Shown here in pieces: positions 8,985 to 17,718 of a stretch of DNA of 64,000 nucleotides. The notes below the pieces were generated by a model. That model had not been told where the DNA came from, did no database searches, and worked only from the letters and a program-made list of their open reading frames with translations. The DNA is from a virus. Made by a program: the position numbers and the translations under genes. The number at the start of each line of letters is the position of its first letter. The first letter of the stretch is position 1. The stretch covers positions 32,001 through 96,000 of IMG/VR virus record IMGVR_UViG_3300021404_000006, one strand, 5' to 3'.

Positions 8985-10072
8985 TGCGCATTCTCATGAT
9001 CCACCCTGGCCCGGAGTTTTCCGTAGCCGACGTGTTCAACGGGTGGAAGAAAGCATTCGAGGCTCAGGGGCACCAGGTCCACGTGTTCAACACCAACGAC
9101 CGCCTGTCGTTCTACAGCCAGACCTCTATCCCTGACTTCAAGAGCGGAAAGAAAGACCCGTGCAGCGAATGCGGCCAGCCAGTCTTCAAGCAGGCTATGG
9201 ACAAGGAAGACGCCGTGATCGCCGCGATGCAAGGAATGACCCACGACCTGTACGCTGTGTGGCCGCACATGGTATTCTTCGTGTCGGCGTTCTTCACTCC
9301 CGCGTGGGTCCTGGACCTTATCCGGCAGCGCCGTCACAAACTGGTGATCCTTCACACCGAGTCTCCCTACCAGGATGACGAGCAGCTGATGCGCTCGCAG
9401 TACGCTTCGCTGAACCTGCTCAACGACCCGGTGAACCTGGAAGAGTACGCGCAGCTCGCCCCAGCTATGTACATGCCCCATGCCTACGATCCTGACATCC
9501 ACTACCCAGGCCGGGTTAGCAAAAAAGACCTGGACTTCGCATTCATAGGCACTGTGTTCGATTCGCGCAGGGTGTTCTTCGAGGAGTTCTTCTCGCGCAT
9601 TGACGCAGACAGCAACCTGAAGATAGCCCTGGGCGGCGCAGCCTGGGACGGTAAGCACCTGGACGGTTCCCCTCTGCTCAGCTACCTGGGCCATCCCCGC
9701 GAGGAAGCCGTAGACAATCAGGAGACTGCTGACACCTACCGCCGTAGCCGGCTGGGCATTAACTTCTACCGCCGCGAAGCGGAGAAGGCGCACGCAGGAG
9801 AAGGCTGGGCTATCGGGCCGCGCGAGGTGGAGATGGCCGCCTGCGGTATCCCGTGGCTTCGTGACGCACGCGGGGAATCCGATGAGCTGTTCCCGTTCCT
9901 GCCGACGTTCAGTACGGCTGGCGAGGCCGCTGACCTGCTGCGCTGGTACCTGTCCGATGACGACCGCCGCGTAAAGCTGGGACGGCAGGCCCGTGCCGCG
10001 ATTAGGGACCGCACCTTCATGAATCACGCGAACATGCTCATGGACGAAATGAGCAGGGCAGGACTGCTGTGA
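8984..10072 (+). CDS. CgeB-like GT-B glycosyltransferase
   Basis: HTESPY, MPHAYDPDIHYP, DFAFIGTVFDSR, YRRSRLGINF, GPREVEMAACG motifs of the Glyco_trans_1_2/CgeB family. Confidence 0.8.
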   Translation: MRILMIHPGPEFSVADVFNGWKKAFEAQGHQVHVFNTNDRLSFYSQTSIPDFKSGKKDPCSECGQPVFKQAMDKEDAVIAAMQGMTHDLYAVWPHMVFFVSAFFTPAWVLDLIRQRRHKLVILHTESPYQDDEQLMRSQYASLNLLNDPVNLEEYAQLAPAMYMPHAYDPDIHYPGRVSKKDLDFAFIGTVFDSRRVFFEEFFSRIDADSNLKIALGGAAWDGKHLDGSPLLSYLGHPREEAVDNQETADTYRRSRLGINFYRREAEKAHAGEGWAIGPREVEMAACGIPWLRDARGESDELFPFLPTFSTAGEAADLLRWYLSDDDRRVKLGRQARAAIRDRTFMNHANMLMDEMSRAGLL

Positions 10073-10623
10073 CCAGGTATTACGTAGACATCTCTGCTGA
10101 CCTTATCAAGCAGATAAAAGGCGACGACTCTGCCTTTCCGGACGGCTGGCGTCTTGTCGAACGCTGGGGTCCGCGAGACCTGATGACGGAACGCTGGATA
10201 GTCGAAGACGATTATGCTCCGGCTTACCTGGAAGACTGCCTCGTAGAACCCGTACTCTGCCGGGTAAACGGGAAGGCGGTCATAGAAGAACGAATAGCTT
10301 GCCGTGTGAACTTAACTTTTCCTGAAGTACTTCTTAACCAGTTGCTCAAGAGCCACTTCATACCCTTTAGGTGTGATGGAGTTGCTGGACCCCGACTACG
10401 CATCCCGTCTCCTAAAAGACTGCGCACAGGATCTTGTGGTTCACCAGCACCTGATCTGGATGCGAGATCATTTCGAGGAGATGAACGGGACTGTGATTTC
10501 CATGGGCGACGACGGCAAACTCATAGACGGTCATCACCGCTGTACGCTGGTAGTTCTTACAGGAAAGTCATTGCAGGTCTACTTTCACAAGAAGCCTTAT
10601 CACGTGCAGCGCTTTATCCCTGA
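10069..10623 (+). CDS. Hypothetical protein (C-terminal extent uncertain)
   Basis: GTGA-coupled to the glycosyltransferase; the 3' half overlaps another ORF. Confidence 0.4.
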   Translation: MTRYYVDISADLIKQIKGDDSAFPDGWRLVERWGPRDLMTERWIVEDDYAPAYLEDCLVEPVLCRVNGKAVIEERIACRVNLTFPEVLLNQLLKSHFIPFRCDGVAGPRLRIPSPKRLRTGSCGSPAPDLDARSFRGDERDCDFHGRRRQTHRRSSPLYAGSSYRKVIAGLLSQEALSRAALYP

Positions 10624-10627
10624 GTGA
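10373..10627 (+). CDS. Small ParB/Srx-like domain protein
   Basis: LIDGHHR motif. Confidence 0.35.
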   Translation: MMELLDPDYASRLLKDCAQDLVVHQHLIWMRDHFEEMNGTVISMGDDGKLIDGHHRCTLVVLTGKSLQVYFHKKPYHVQRFIPE

Positions 10628-10690
10628 GGATTGCAGAACAACAACTTCGCGCTTACCCTAGGAATGTACAGACCTAACTAGGAGGCCGAA

Positions 10691-11125
10691 TTGTCGAGGA
10701 TTCACGGTCGCAATGGGATCGTCTATTTGGGCGTGAACCCTGCCGATGCAGCCAGCCCCATGGCATTCCTTTCCGACTGGAGCATTAACTTCTCCGTTGC
10801 GAAGGTTGACGTTACCGCAATGGGCGACCAGAACCTGATCTGGGTAGCCGGACTGCCCGACGCTTCCGGTGACTTCTCCGGATTCTTCGACACCGCTACC
10901 GCGCAGACTTACATTGCGGCTCAGGACGGCCAGCCCCGTAACTTCTACCTTTACCCGAGCACTCTCGGTTCGCAGGGCTCGTCCCCCGGCCAGTATTTCT
11001 TCGGCCAGGTACTGCCTGACTACTCGCTCGCCGGCGGCGTTGCCGCATCTGTGAGCCTGAAGTCCACCTGGAACGCAGCTAGCAGGATTTCCAGGTACCC
11101 TGTCAGCGGTATCGCAGGAACCTAA
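10691..11125 (+). CDS. Major tail (tube) protein
   Basis: AGGAGG RBS, TTG start, DWSINFSVAKVDVTAMGD...VAGLPDASGDFSGFFD motif, followed by a hairpin and the chaperone. Confidence 0.8.
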   Translation: MSRIHGRNGIVYLGVNPADAASPMAFLSDWSINFSVAKVDVTAMGDQNLIWVAGLPDASGDFSGFFDTATAQTYIAAQDGQPRNFYLYPSTLGSQGSSPGQYFFGQVLPDYSLAGGVAASVSLKSTWNAASRISRYPVSGIAGT

Positions 11126-11139
11126 TCCTAGCTTCCTAA

Positions 11140-11172
11140 CGATAGCCACTTCGGTAATCGAAGTGGCTATCG
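11140..11172 (+). terminator. Hairpin/terminator after tail tube gene
   Basis: CGATAGCCACTTCG-gtaat-CGAAGTGGCTATCG, 14-bp stem followed by a T-rich tract. Confidence 0.75.
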
Positions 11173-11213
11173 CTATTTGCTTTGTGTGATAGGATTCCGC
11201 GCAGGAGGTAAAA

Positions 11214-11627
11214 ATGCCTGTAGCTAAGAGGACCACTGCCGATCGCGAACTCGCTGTCATTCAGTTGTCGAACACAGAAGACGAGGCCCTTTCCGACGCC
11301 ACCGTAGAGGGGAAGACGGCTGCTAAGAAGCAGTGGGACTACGTAAGCCTGGGAGAAGAGAAGTTCAGGCTGCGTGAGAAGATCGGCGCTTTGGCCATGT
11401 TCAAGTGGTCGGCTGCCTCCGAGCTTTCCACCGAGGACCCGCGTGCCCTGGCTGCTATTTACGTCTTCCTGAAGAGCCTTATCCACAAGGAAGACTGGCA
11501 GGCTTTCGAGGACCATGCACTGGACGAGGACGCTGACGCTGAAGTTCTGCTTGACGTGATCACCAACGCCCTGGAAGTCATCTCGGGACGCCCTACCGCG
11601 CCGTCCTCACCCTCTTCCGCTGGATAG
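11214..11627 (+). CDS. Tail assembly chaperone (G)
   Basis: Between tail tube and tape measure genes; ends ...GRPTAPSSPSSAG. Confidence 0.75.
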   Translation: MPVAKRTTADRELAVIQLSNTEDEALSDATVEGKTAAKKQWDYVSLGEEKFRLREKIGALAMFKWSAASELSTEDPRALAAIYVFLKSLIHKEDWQAFEDHALDEDADAEVLLDVITNALEVISGRPTAPSSPSSAG

Positions 11628-12025
11628 TAAATTACCAGGGAGAGTTTGAGGGCAAGCTCCTGTGGTCAGGACACAGGATTACGGATTTCACGATCCGCGA
11701 GCTGGCGAACATGGCTTACTACCATCATGTCAGCAAGCTTCAGCCAGGACATAAGGACGAAGATCCCACTATCGAAGAACAGATCGAGCTTTTCGAGGAG
11801 CAGATAGGCCAGCGCATATCCGCCACCACCAAGGCCGAGGAAATGATGCGCCAGTCCATGATCTTGCGCGGCCTTGACCCGGACGCTAAGCCCGAGCTTT
11901 CTCCCGAACTGGCAGCTAGACTGGAACAGGACGCTATGAAGTCGGATACCGATGTCTTCTTCGCTGGCGACCTAAACAGGGAATTCAAGGGAAAGCCGGT
12001 CAGGGAAGGAGACGACGATTTCTGA
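11591..12025 (+). CDS. Tail assembly chaperone -1 frameshift extension (GT)
   Basis: The -1 frame is open from CCC TAC (11591) through PYRAVLTLFRW... into ORF 11711-12025. Confidence 0.65.
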   Translation, partial: PYRAVLTLFRWIVNYQGEFEGKLLWSGHRITDFTIRELANMAYYHHVSKLQPGHKDEDPTIEEQIELFEEQIGQRISATTKAEEMMRQSMILRGLDPDAKPELSPELAARLEQDAMKSDTDVFFAGDLNREFKGKPVREGDDDF

Positions 12026-12429
12026 TGAACGACGTTAATATCTCCCAGCGGGAAGTCGATGAGCTGTTCCAGGACATTGACGGCCCTGTCGGGCTGCTGA
12101 TGCGCGAGATAGCCGACCATATAGCCTTCGTTGCCGCAGCTACCGTGCGCGTGCTAGATCCTAGTAACCGGAAAATGACATGGAACTTCCATTCCTCCGC
12201 TTACTACACTGACCCCGGAAGGCGCGGAGGAGCATTCAAGCCGCCTGGCTATACCAAGCGGAACATCACGACAACTGTCGGGCACGCCAAGCTGCACAAC
12301 GACTACGTATTCGGCGGCGCGAACGCACCAGGGAATCCCGGCCTGTTTCTTGAAGAGCCAGCTGAGCAGGAGCACAGCAAGCACCCGTTCCTTACAACCG
12401 GGCTATGGTCTGTCGAAGGCTGGCTGTAA
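12025..12429 (+). CDS. Putative neck/HK97-gp10-like protein
   Basis: TGATG coupling; GLFLEEP...HPFLTTGL C-terminal pattern. Confidence 0.5.
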   Translation: MNDVNISQREVDELFQDIDGPVGLLMREIADHIAFVAAATVRVLDPSNRKMTWNFHSSAYYTDPGRRGGAFKPPGYTKRNITTTVGHAKLHNDYVFGGANAPGNPGLFLEEPAEQEHSKHPFLTTGLWSVEGWL

Positions 12430-12483
12430 CTCCAAGGGATTCTAGATTATGCTGGCGGCTGAATACAAAAGTTAGGAGACTAG

Positions 12484-15400
12484 ATGGCACGACTTCTCGG
12501 TGAAGCCCGTGTCTCTGTGCTGCCTGACGGTACCCGGTTCCGCCCTGAAACTGAAGCTGTGGTAAAGAAGGCCATAGCCGGGATAACAGGAAAGATACCT
12601 ATCTCTCCTGACCTTGATAAATTCCGCACCACCACGTCAGCGGAAGTAAAGGCTGCTCTCGCAGGCCTTAACCCTAAGATAAAAGTAAGCGCTTACGTTG
12701 ACGAAGCCACGCTGGCGAAGGTCGCCGCTGCCAAGAACGCGATGGCCACACCTGTAACGGCTCCTCTTAAAGTCACGACTGATCCCTCGGACCTCGCAGC
12801 TAAAAAAGCCTACCTGGGAATGTACTTCAAGGAAGCTCTAAGCCTTGACTACGCGGTTGACCCCACCAAGACGCGCCGCATGAAGACATTTCTTAACCGC
12901 TGGCTGTACACGAATCAGTACAACACGTCGCCGCTTGCCCTGAACTACACGGTTGACCCGGCGAAGGTCGCTACCATGAAGCGGCTGCTTGAGCAGTACA
13001 TGTCCGGTAACGCCCAGTTCGGTCTTTCCATCAGCCCCTCTCAGGTGGCAGCCCTCAAGGCAACGCTTGACAACCTTAACAGCCAGGCTCAGGTCGGAGT
13101 CAGCGTTGACCCCTCGGAGCTGGCACTGGCTGAGGCGACGCTGAACAGGATCAAGGACGTTAAAGTAGGGGTAATCCTGGACCCCGCTGAACTGAGGCGC
13201 ATAAAGACCTCCATTGACAGTTTCATGGCGAACAATGTCCTGCTCGGGTTCTCCGTAGACCCCGCTAAGCTGGCTATTGCCAAGAAGCAGGTAATGGGAG
13301 AATTCTCCCGGACAAAGATTACAATACCTGTTGACTTCGGCGTAGTGAGCGGCGGCAAGCTAATCGCCATGCAGAAGAGCTTTGACGCCCTGCTCAATTC
13401 CAATTTCGTACTGGGTGTAAACATCGCGCCTGCCATGGCAAAGATGGCTGCTTTCGCGGCGTACACCAAGAACCTGTTTAGCACGTCCGGCAGCTGGTTC
13501 AAGCTCAATGTAGCCCCCGCGATAGTACAGCTTCTCTCACTCCAGGCAGCTATTACCAGCGTTAAGAATACCTTCAGCCAAATGGGCAACAACGCGAACG
13601 TGGTAGCAGCTGTAACAGCGGCAGCAACCGCCCGAACGGCAAACGCCTTTATCACCATGGGGGCAGGCGGAGGCGGCGCGCTCGGATTCCTCACTAACAA
13701 GATCACGCTGTTCGCCGGAGTAATGGACCGCGTACTTCCCGCCGCGCTTACCCGCGTAGCAGTCTGGCACGTTGCCGCAGACGCGATACTTGAATTCGCT
13801 GCCGTGTTCGTCCCTGCTACGATCGCCGTAGTGGCATTCGGTGCTGCTGTAGCTCCCGTCGTATCGGACGCGGTAAACCGGCTCAAGGCAATGCAGCAAG
13901 CGGCGGCAGCTACAGGCACCAGCATCGGCATTTTCAACTACAACGCCCAGGGCGCTGTCGGCCCCATGCAGGCCCTTCAGAACAAGCTCCAGCCTGTAGT
14001 GTGGGAAGTCTTCGGAGACGCGATCACCGTAGCCGCGAAGAAGACAGGTATTTTCAGCACCCTGGTTACCCAGGTGGGTACGGTTGTGGAAGACCTTTCC
14101 GCCCGCATGACCCGGGCGTTTTCTTCCAACTCGATGGGTAACTTCCTGAAGAACGGTGCCCTGGACTTCCAGAGGTTCGGCACTATAATCGGTAACTTCG
14201 GCGGCGCTATCGGCAACATCATCAAGCAGGTGCCCGGATACGCGGAAGTATTCCTACAGCTGTTCACGAAGATATCAGCCGGAATCGAATGGTTCACAGC
14301 GATAGCCGGGCCGGTCATCAAGGCAGGACTCGCCCTGCACGGATTCTTCCTCTACGCAGGACTGGCTACAACCGCAGGCGTAGCGCTCCTGGCCGGCGTA
14401 GGGAACATGATTACGAAGTTCTTCACCTTCGCGACGGCCGCTACCAGCCTGACAGGCGTAGGCGCGAGGATAGCAACGTCGTTCAAGGCGGCCGGCGCAG
14501 CGGCAGCGGGCTTCGGAAAGAACCTGCTGCTGCTGGCCACCAACCCTTACATAATCGGCCTGGCTATCCTCGGCGCGGCGATCTACACCATCGTCAGCAA
14601 CTGGCATGCGGCTGACGCTGCCACTTCGCAGTTCATCTCCAACATGGAGAACTCCCTAGCAAACATGTCCGGGGGCTCGGCTATTCAGGCCATATCCATG
14701 GACCTGGGAAGCCTTACCCGGCAGATGAAGGAAGCAGGTTCGCAGCAGGCATTCGATTCCATTAACAAAAACTGGCAGAACCTGGGTAACACGGGTAGCC
14801 GCCTGAGCACGGACATGTCGCTCGCGGGACAGCATTTCAAGATGGCCTGGCAGGATATAACGGGGTCTAGCACCAACCCGCTAAAGGGCATGGCCGACGC
14901 TATAACCAATGTGGGCCATGCCCTGGGTAACATATTCCTCGGAAGCAGCGGCTTCGACCAGCAGTCCGCCGTATTCGCGAAGATGAAAGACAACATCAAC
15001 GCCCTGGAAACCGAGTTCCACAAGCTCACCGGAGAGCAGCAGAAGCTTCTGACTGTTGCCGGTGACCTGATGACAAACTTCAAGCTGGGGAACACGTCAA
15101 CGTTCACGTGGGCTCAGTCGCTGGGAATCCTGGACGCCGCCGGAGTACAGGCCAGCGACAGCCTTGACATGATGGTTACCAAGGTGGAGGGGCTGCTCGC
15201 GGGCTGGAAGCAGTTCGGGCTTAACGCCACCCAGATTGGCAACGCGGTCAACGCCATCTCCCTTCAGACGGAGATGCAGCAGTCTTCCATCACGACCCTT
15301 ACCGGGGCGTACTCGAACTTCATCGGCGTAGTTACCGGCGGAGAATCGGCATTCGCCACCTTCGGCCAGGGGATGTCCACCCTGAGCCAGGCACTGAACA

Positions 15401-17718
15401 GCGCGAGCGCAGGCAGTGTCACGTGGAGCAACAGCCTCGGTAAGCTCAGCACGAAGGGAACCGCAGCCGGCGCGTCCCTGAACGGCCTGTCCCAGGCGTC
15501 CCTTAACGCACGCGGAGCCTTCGCACAGCAGGTCGGCAGTGCCCAGAACCTGTACAACTCACTGCTTACCATGTCCGCCGTGTCAGCTAAGGGCGCTCAG
15601 GGCCAGAAAGACCTTGCATCTGCCGGCAGGGACATGGTGGCTATGCTCCTGCCCCTTGCCAACGGAAGCAAGACTGCCACGGCTGAGGTTTACGCACTCG
15701 CGCAGACCGCCGGCTACCAGGGGGCCGACAGCTTCAAGGCCCTTGCCAAGTGGGTCGGCGGAGTTAAGGCCCCGATGCAGGATCTTAACAAGCGAGAGCA
15801 GGATCTTACCGTATCGTCCGCTAACTTGCTGAAAGATACGCAGAACCTGGCTGGCGCTATGGGACAGACTCTCACGTCAGCGATATCCGGAGCTATATTC
15901 GCCGCTGAAAAAGGTCCGCAGGCTCTCCAGAAGCTGGCCGATGCCATGCAGGCTCTCCAGACAGGCAAGGGCTCCGTGACGGGAGTAGAGCAGGCGCTCA
16001 AGAGCGTCATTCCCGCGCTGGTTCAGATGACAGGAAGCCTGCCTAACGCCAGGGACCAGTTCCTTGCCATGGCGGGCGCTATGGGTATCGGCCACGATAA
16101 AGCCATTGCCATGTGGAACGCCGTAGAGCAGGGAAAGGGAGCGCTGGCCGGCGCTACCGGGGCTATAGGCTCTATGAGGAACGCTGTTACCAAGATAATC
16201 ACGGACTTCAACAACCAGGCCAAGGCGTCGGCTAACGCTAAGGACGCGCTTGACAAGTACAACACCGCGATCAAGAACAACGGGGTTAACTCCGACCAGG
16301 CCAAGGCAGCACGGGCCGCTCTTATCGCGGATCTTATCAAGGCCGGGGTAAACGCCAAGACCGCGAACTCGGACGTAGCCGCGTACAGCAATGCCGTAAA
16401 GAGCAACGGCGTCAACTCCGACCAGGCACGGAGTGCCCGCCTGCGGCTTATCAATGACATCTTGACCGCGAGCAACAACTCGAAGACCGGAAAGGCGGAC
16501 CTCGACGCCCTGACTAGCGCGGTGCGTAATCACTCGGCCAGCTCCGATCAGGTGCGAAGTGCGCGGGCACGCCTGATCGCTGACCTTGAGAAGACCGGGA
16601 CGAACTCCAAGACCGCTACCTCGCTGGTGGACGGGCTGATTTCCAGCATCAAGAAGATTCCGTCGTCCTGGTCCACCTCGATCAAGGTCAGCGCCACGGG
16701 ACAGTGGTCCATTACCGGCGTCTCCGCTAAGGTGCTGGCTGGGTTCGGCGGCGGGAGCGCGGCTAACATCCAGGCCATCGCCAATCAGAACGCCAGGCAG
16801 GTCATGGGCGGCGCTAAGGGCATGTTCGTCACGGACGGAACCACGCCCACGGCGGACGACGTTCTGGCGAGGGTATCCAAGGGCGAGCTGGTAGTCCCGG
16901 CGAACCTGGTGAAGCGCGGAGCGGTAGACCACCTCCGGGGGAAGATCCCCGGCTTCGCGGGCGGCGGCTATGTCGGCAACCCGGCCCAGGTCGGCGGGTT
17001 CATCGATACCGAGGAAAAGGCTACCGACGCGGCAGACATATCCGCTACCGCTAACGCTCTCCGGGCTGCTATCCAGTCGATGCTCAAGTCGGCTATCGCG
17101 GCTGCCAGCGCTATGAACGTGCCTAACGTGGGCTCCGGTGTGGCCCGCTGGAAGGGCACGGTAGACCAGGCGCTGAGGATGCTCGGGCTGTCTACTTCAC
17201 TGGACCGCCAGGTTCTGTACCAGATGCAGACGGAATCCGGTGGCAACCCGAACGCCATCAACCTCAGCGACTCCAATGCCGCAGCGGGCGACCCGTCTCG
17301 TGGGCTGATGCAGACGATTATGGCCACGTTCAAGGCGTACCACGTAGCGGGCACCAGCAGTAACATCTACGATCCCCTTGCCAATATCGCGGCTGCCATC
17401 AACTACGCCCGAAGCCGTTACGGGCCGACGCTGATGTCCGGCGGAATGGGCATGGGGTCTGGTCACGGCTACGCACTAGGCGGCCTTATCCCGTCGAAGG
17501 TATTCGACAGGGGCGGAACGCTCGCACCGGGGCCGAATATGGTCTACAACCTGACCGGCCGGCCCGAGCACGTTGTACCTACTGACGGCAGCCAGACCAT
17601 TACACTGGAGATAGCAGGAGGAGATTCGGATCTAGAGCAGCTGCTTGTCCAGGTAATCCGCAGGTATGCACGAATAAAGAGCGGCGGAAACGTGCAGCGT
17701 GCATTCGGGAGGAATTAG
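12484..17718 (+). CDS. Tape measure protein with C-terminal lytic transglycosylase (SLT) domain
   Basis: 1744 aa, Ala-rich helical with hydrophobic segments; QMQTESGGNPNAIN...SRGLMQ...NIAAAINY. Confidence 0.92.
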   Translation: MARLLGEARVSVLPDGTRFRPETEAVVKKAIAGITGKIPISPDLDKFRTTTSAEVKAALAGLNPKIKVSAYVDEATLAKVAAAKNAMATPVTAPLKVTTDPSDLAAKKAYLGMYFKEALSLDYAVDPTKTRRMKTFLNRWLYTNQYNTSPLALNYTVDPAKVATMKRLLEQYMSGNAQFGLSISPSQVAALKATLDNLNSQAQVGVSVDPSELALAEATLNRIKDVKVGVILDPAELRRIKTSIDSFMANNVLLGFSVDPAKLAIAKKQVMGEFSRTKITIPVDFGVVSGGKLIAMQKSFDALLNSNFVLGVNIAPAMAKMAAFAAYTKNLFSTSGSWFKLNVAPAIVQLLSLQAAITSVKNTFSQMGNNANVVAAVTAAATARTANAFITMGAGGGGALGFLTNKITLFAGVMDRVLPAALTRVAVWHVAADAILEFAAVFVPATIAVVAFGAAVAPVVSDAVNRLKAMQQAAAATGTSIGIFNYNAQGAVGPMQALQNKLQPVVWEVFGDAITVAAKKTGIFSTLVTQVGTVVEDLSARMTRAFSSNSMGNFLKNGALDFQRFGTIIGNFGGAIGNIIKQVPGYAEVFLQLFTKISAGIEWFTAIAGPVIKAGLALHGFFLYAGLATTAGVALLAGVGNMITKFFTFATAATSLTGVGARIATSFKAAGAAAAGFGKNLLLLATNPYIIGLAILGAAIYTIVSNWHAADAATSQFISNMENSLANMSGGSAIQAISMDLGSLTRQMKEAGSQQAFDSINKNWQNLGNTGSRLSTDMSLAGQHFKMAWQDITGSSTNPLKGMADAITNVGHALGNIFLGSSGFDQQSAVFAKMKDNINALETEFHKLTGEQQKLLTVAGDLMTNFKLGNTSTFTWAQSLGILDAAGVQASDSLDMMVTKVEGLLAGWKQFGLNATQIGNAVNAISLQTEMQQSSITTLTGAYSNFIGVVTGGESAFATFGQGMSTLSQALNSASAGSVTWSNSLGKLSTKGTAAGASLNGLSQASLNARGAFAQQVGSAQNLYNSLLTMSAVSAKGAQGQKDLASAGRDMVAMLLPLANGSKTATAEVYALAQTAGYQGADSFKALAKWVGGVKAPMQDLNKREQDLTVSSANLLKDTQNLAGAMGQTLTSAISGAIFAAEKGPQALQKLADAMQALQTGKGSVTGVEQALKSVIPALVQMTGSLPNARDQFLAMAGAMGIGHDKAIAMWNAVEQGKGALAGATGAIGSMRNAVTKIITDFNNQAKASANAKDALDKYNTAIKNNGVNSDQAKAARAALIADLIKAGVNAKTANSDVAAYSNAVKSNGVNSDQARSARLRLINDILTASNNSKTGKADLDALTSAVRNHSASSDQVRSARARLIADLEKTGTNSKTATSLVDGLISSIKKIPSSWSTSIKVSATGQWSITGVSAKVLAGFGGGSAANIQAIANQNARQVMGGAKGMFVTDGTTPTADDVLARVSKGELVVPANLVKRGAVDHLRGKIPGFAGGGYVGNPAQVGGFIDTEEKATDAADISATANALRAAIQSMLKSAIAAASAMNVPNVGSGVARWKGTVDQALRMLGLSTSLDRQVLYQMQTESGGNPNAINLSDSNAAAGDPSRGLMQTIMATFKAYHVAGTSSNIYDPLANIAAAINYARSRYGPTLMSGGMGMGSGHGYALGGLIPSKVFDRGGTLAPGPNMVYNLTGRPEHVVPTDGSQTITLEIAGGDSDLEQLLVQVIRRYARIKSGGNVQRAFGRN

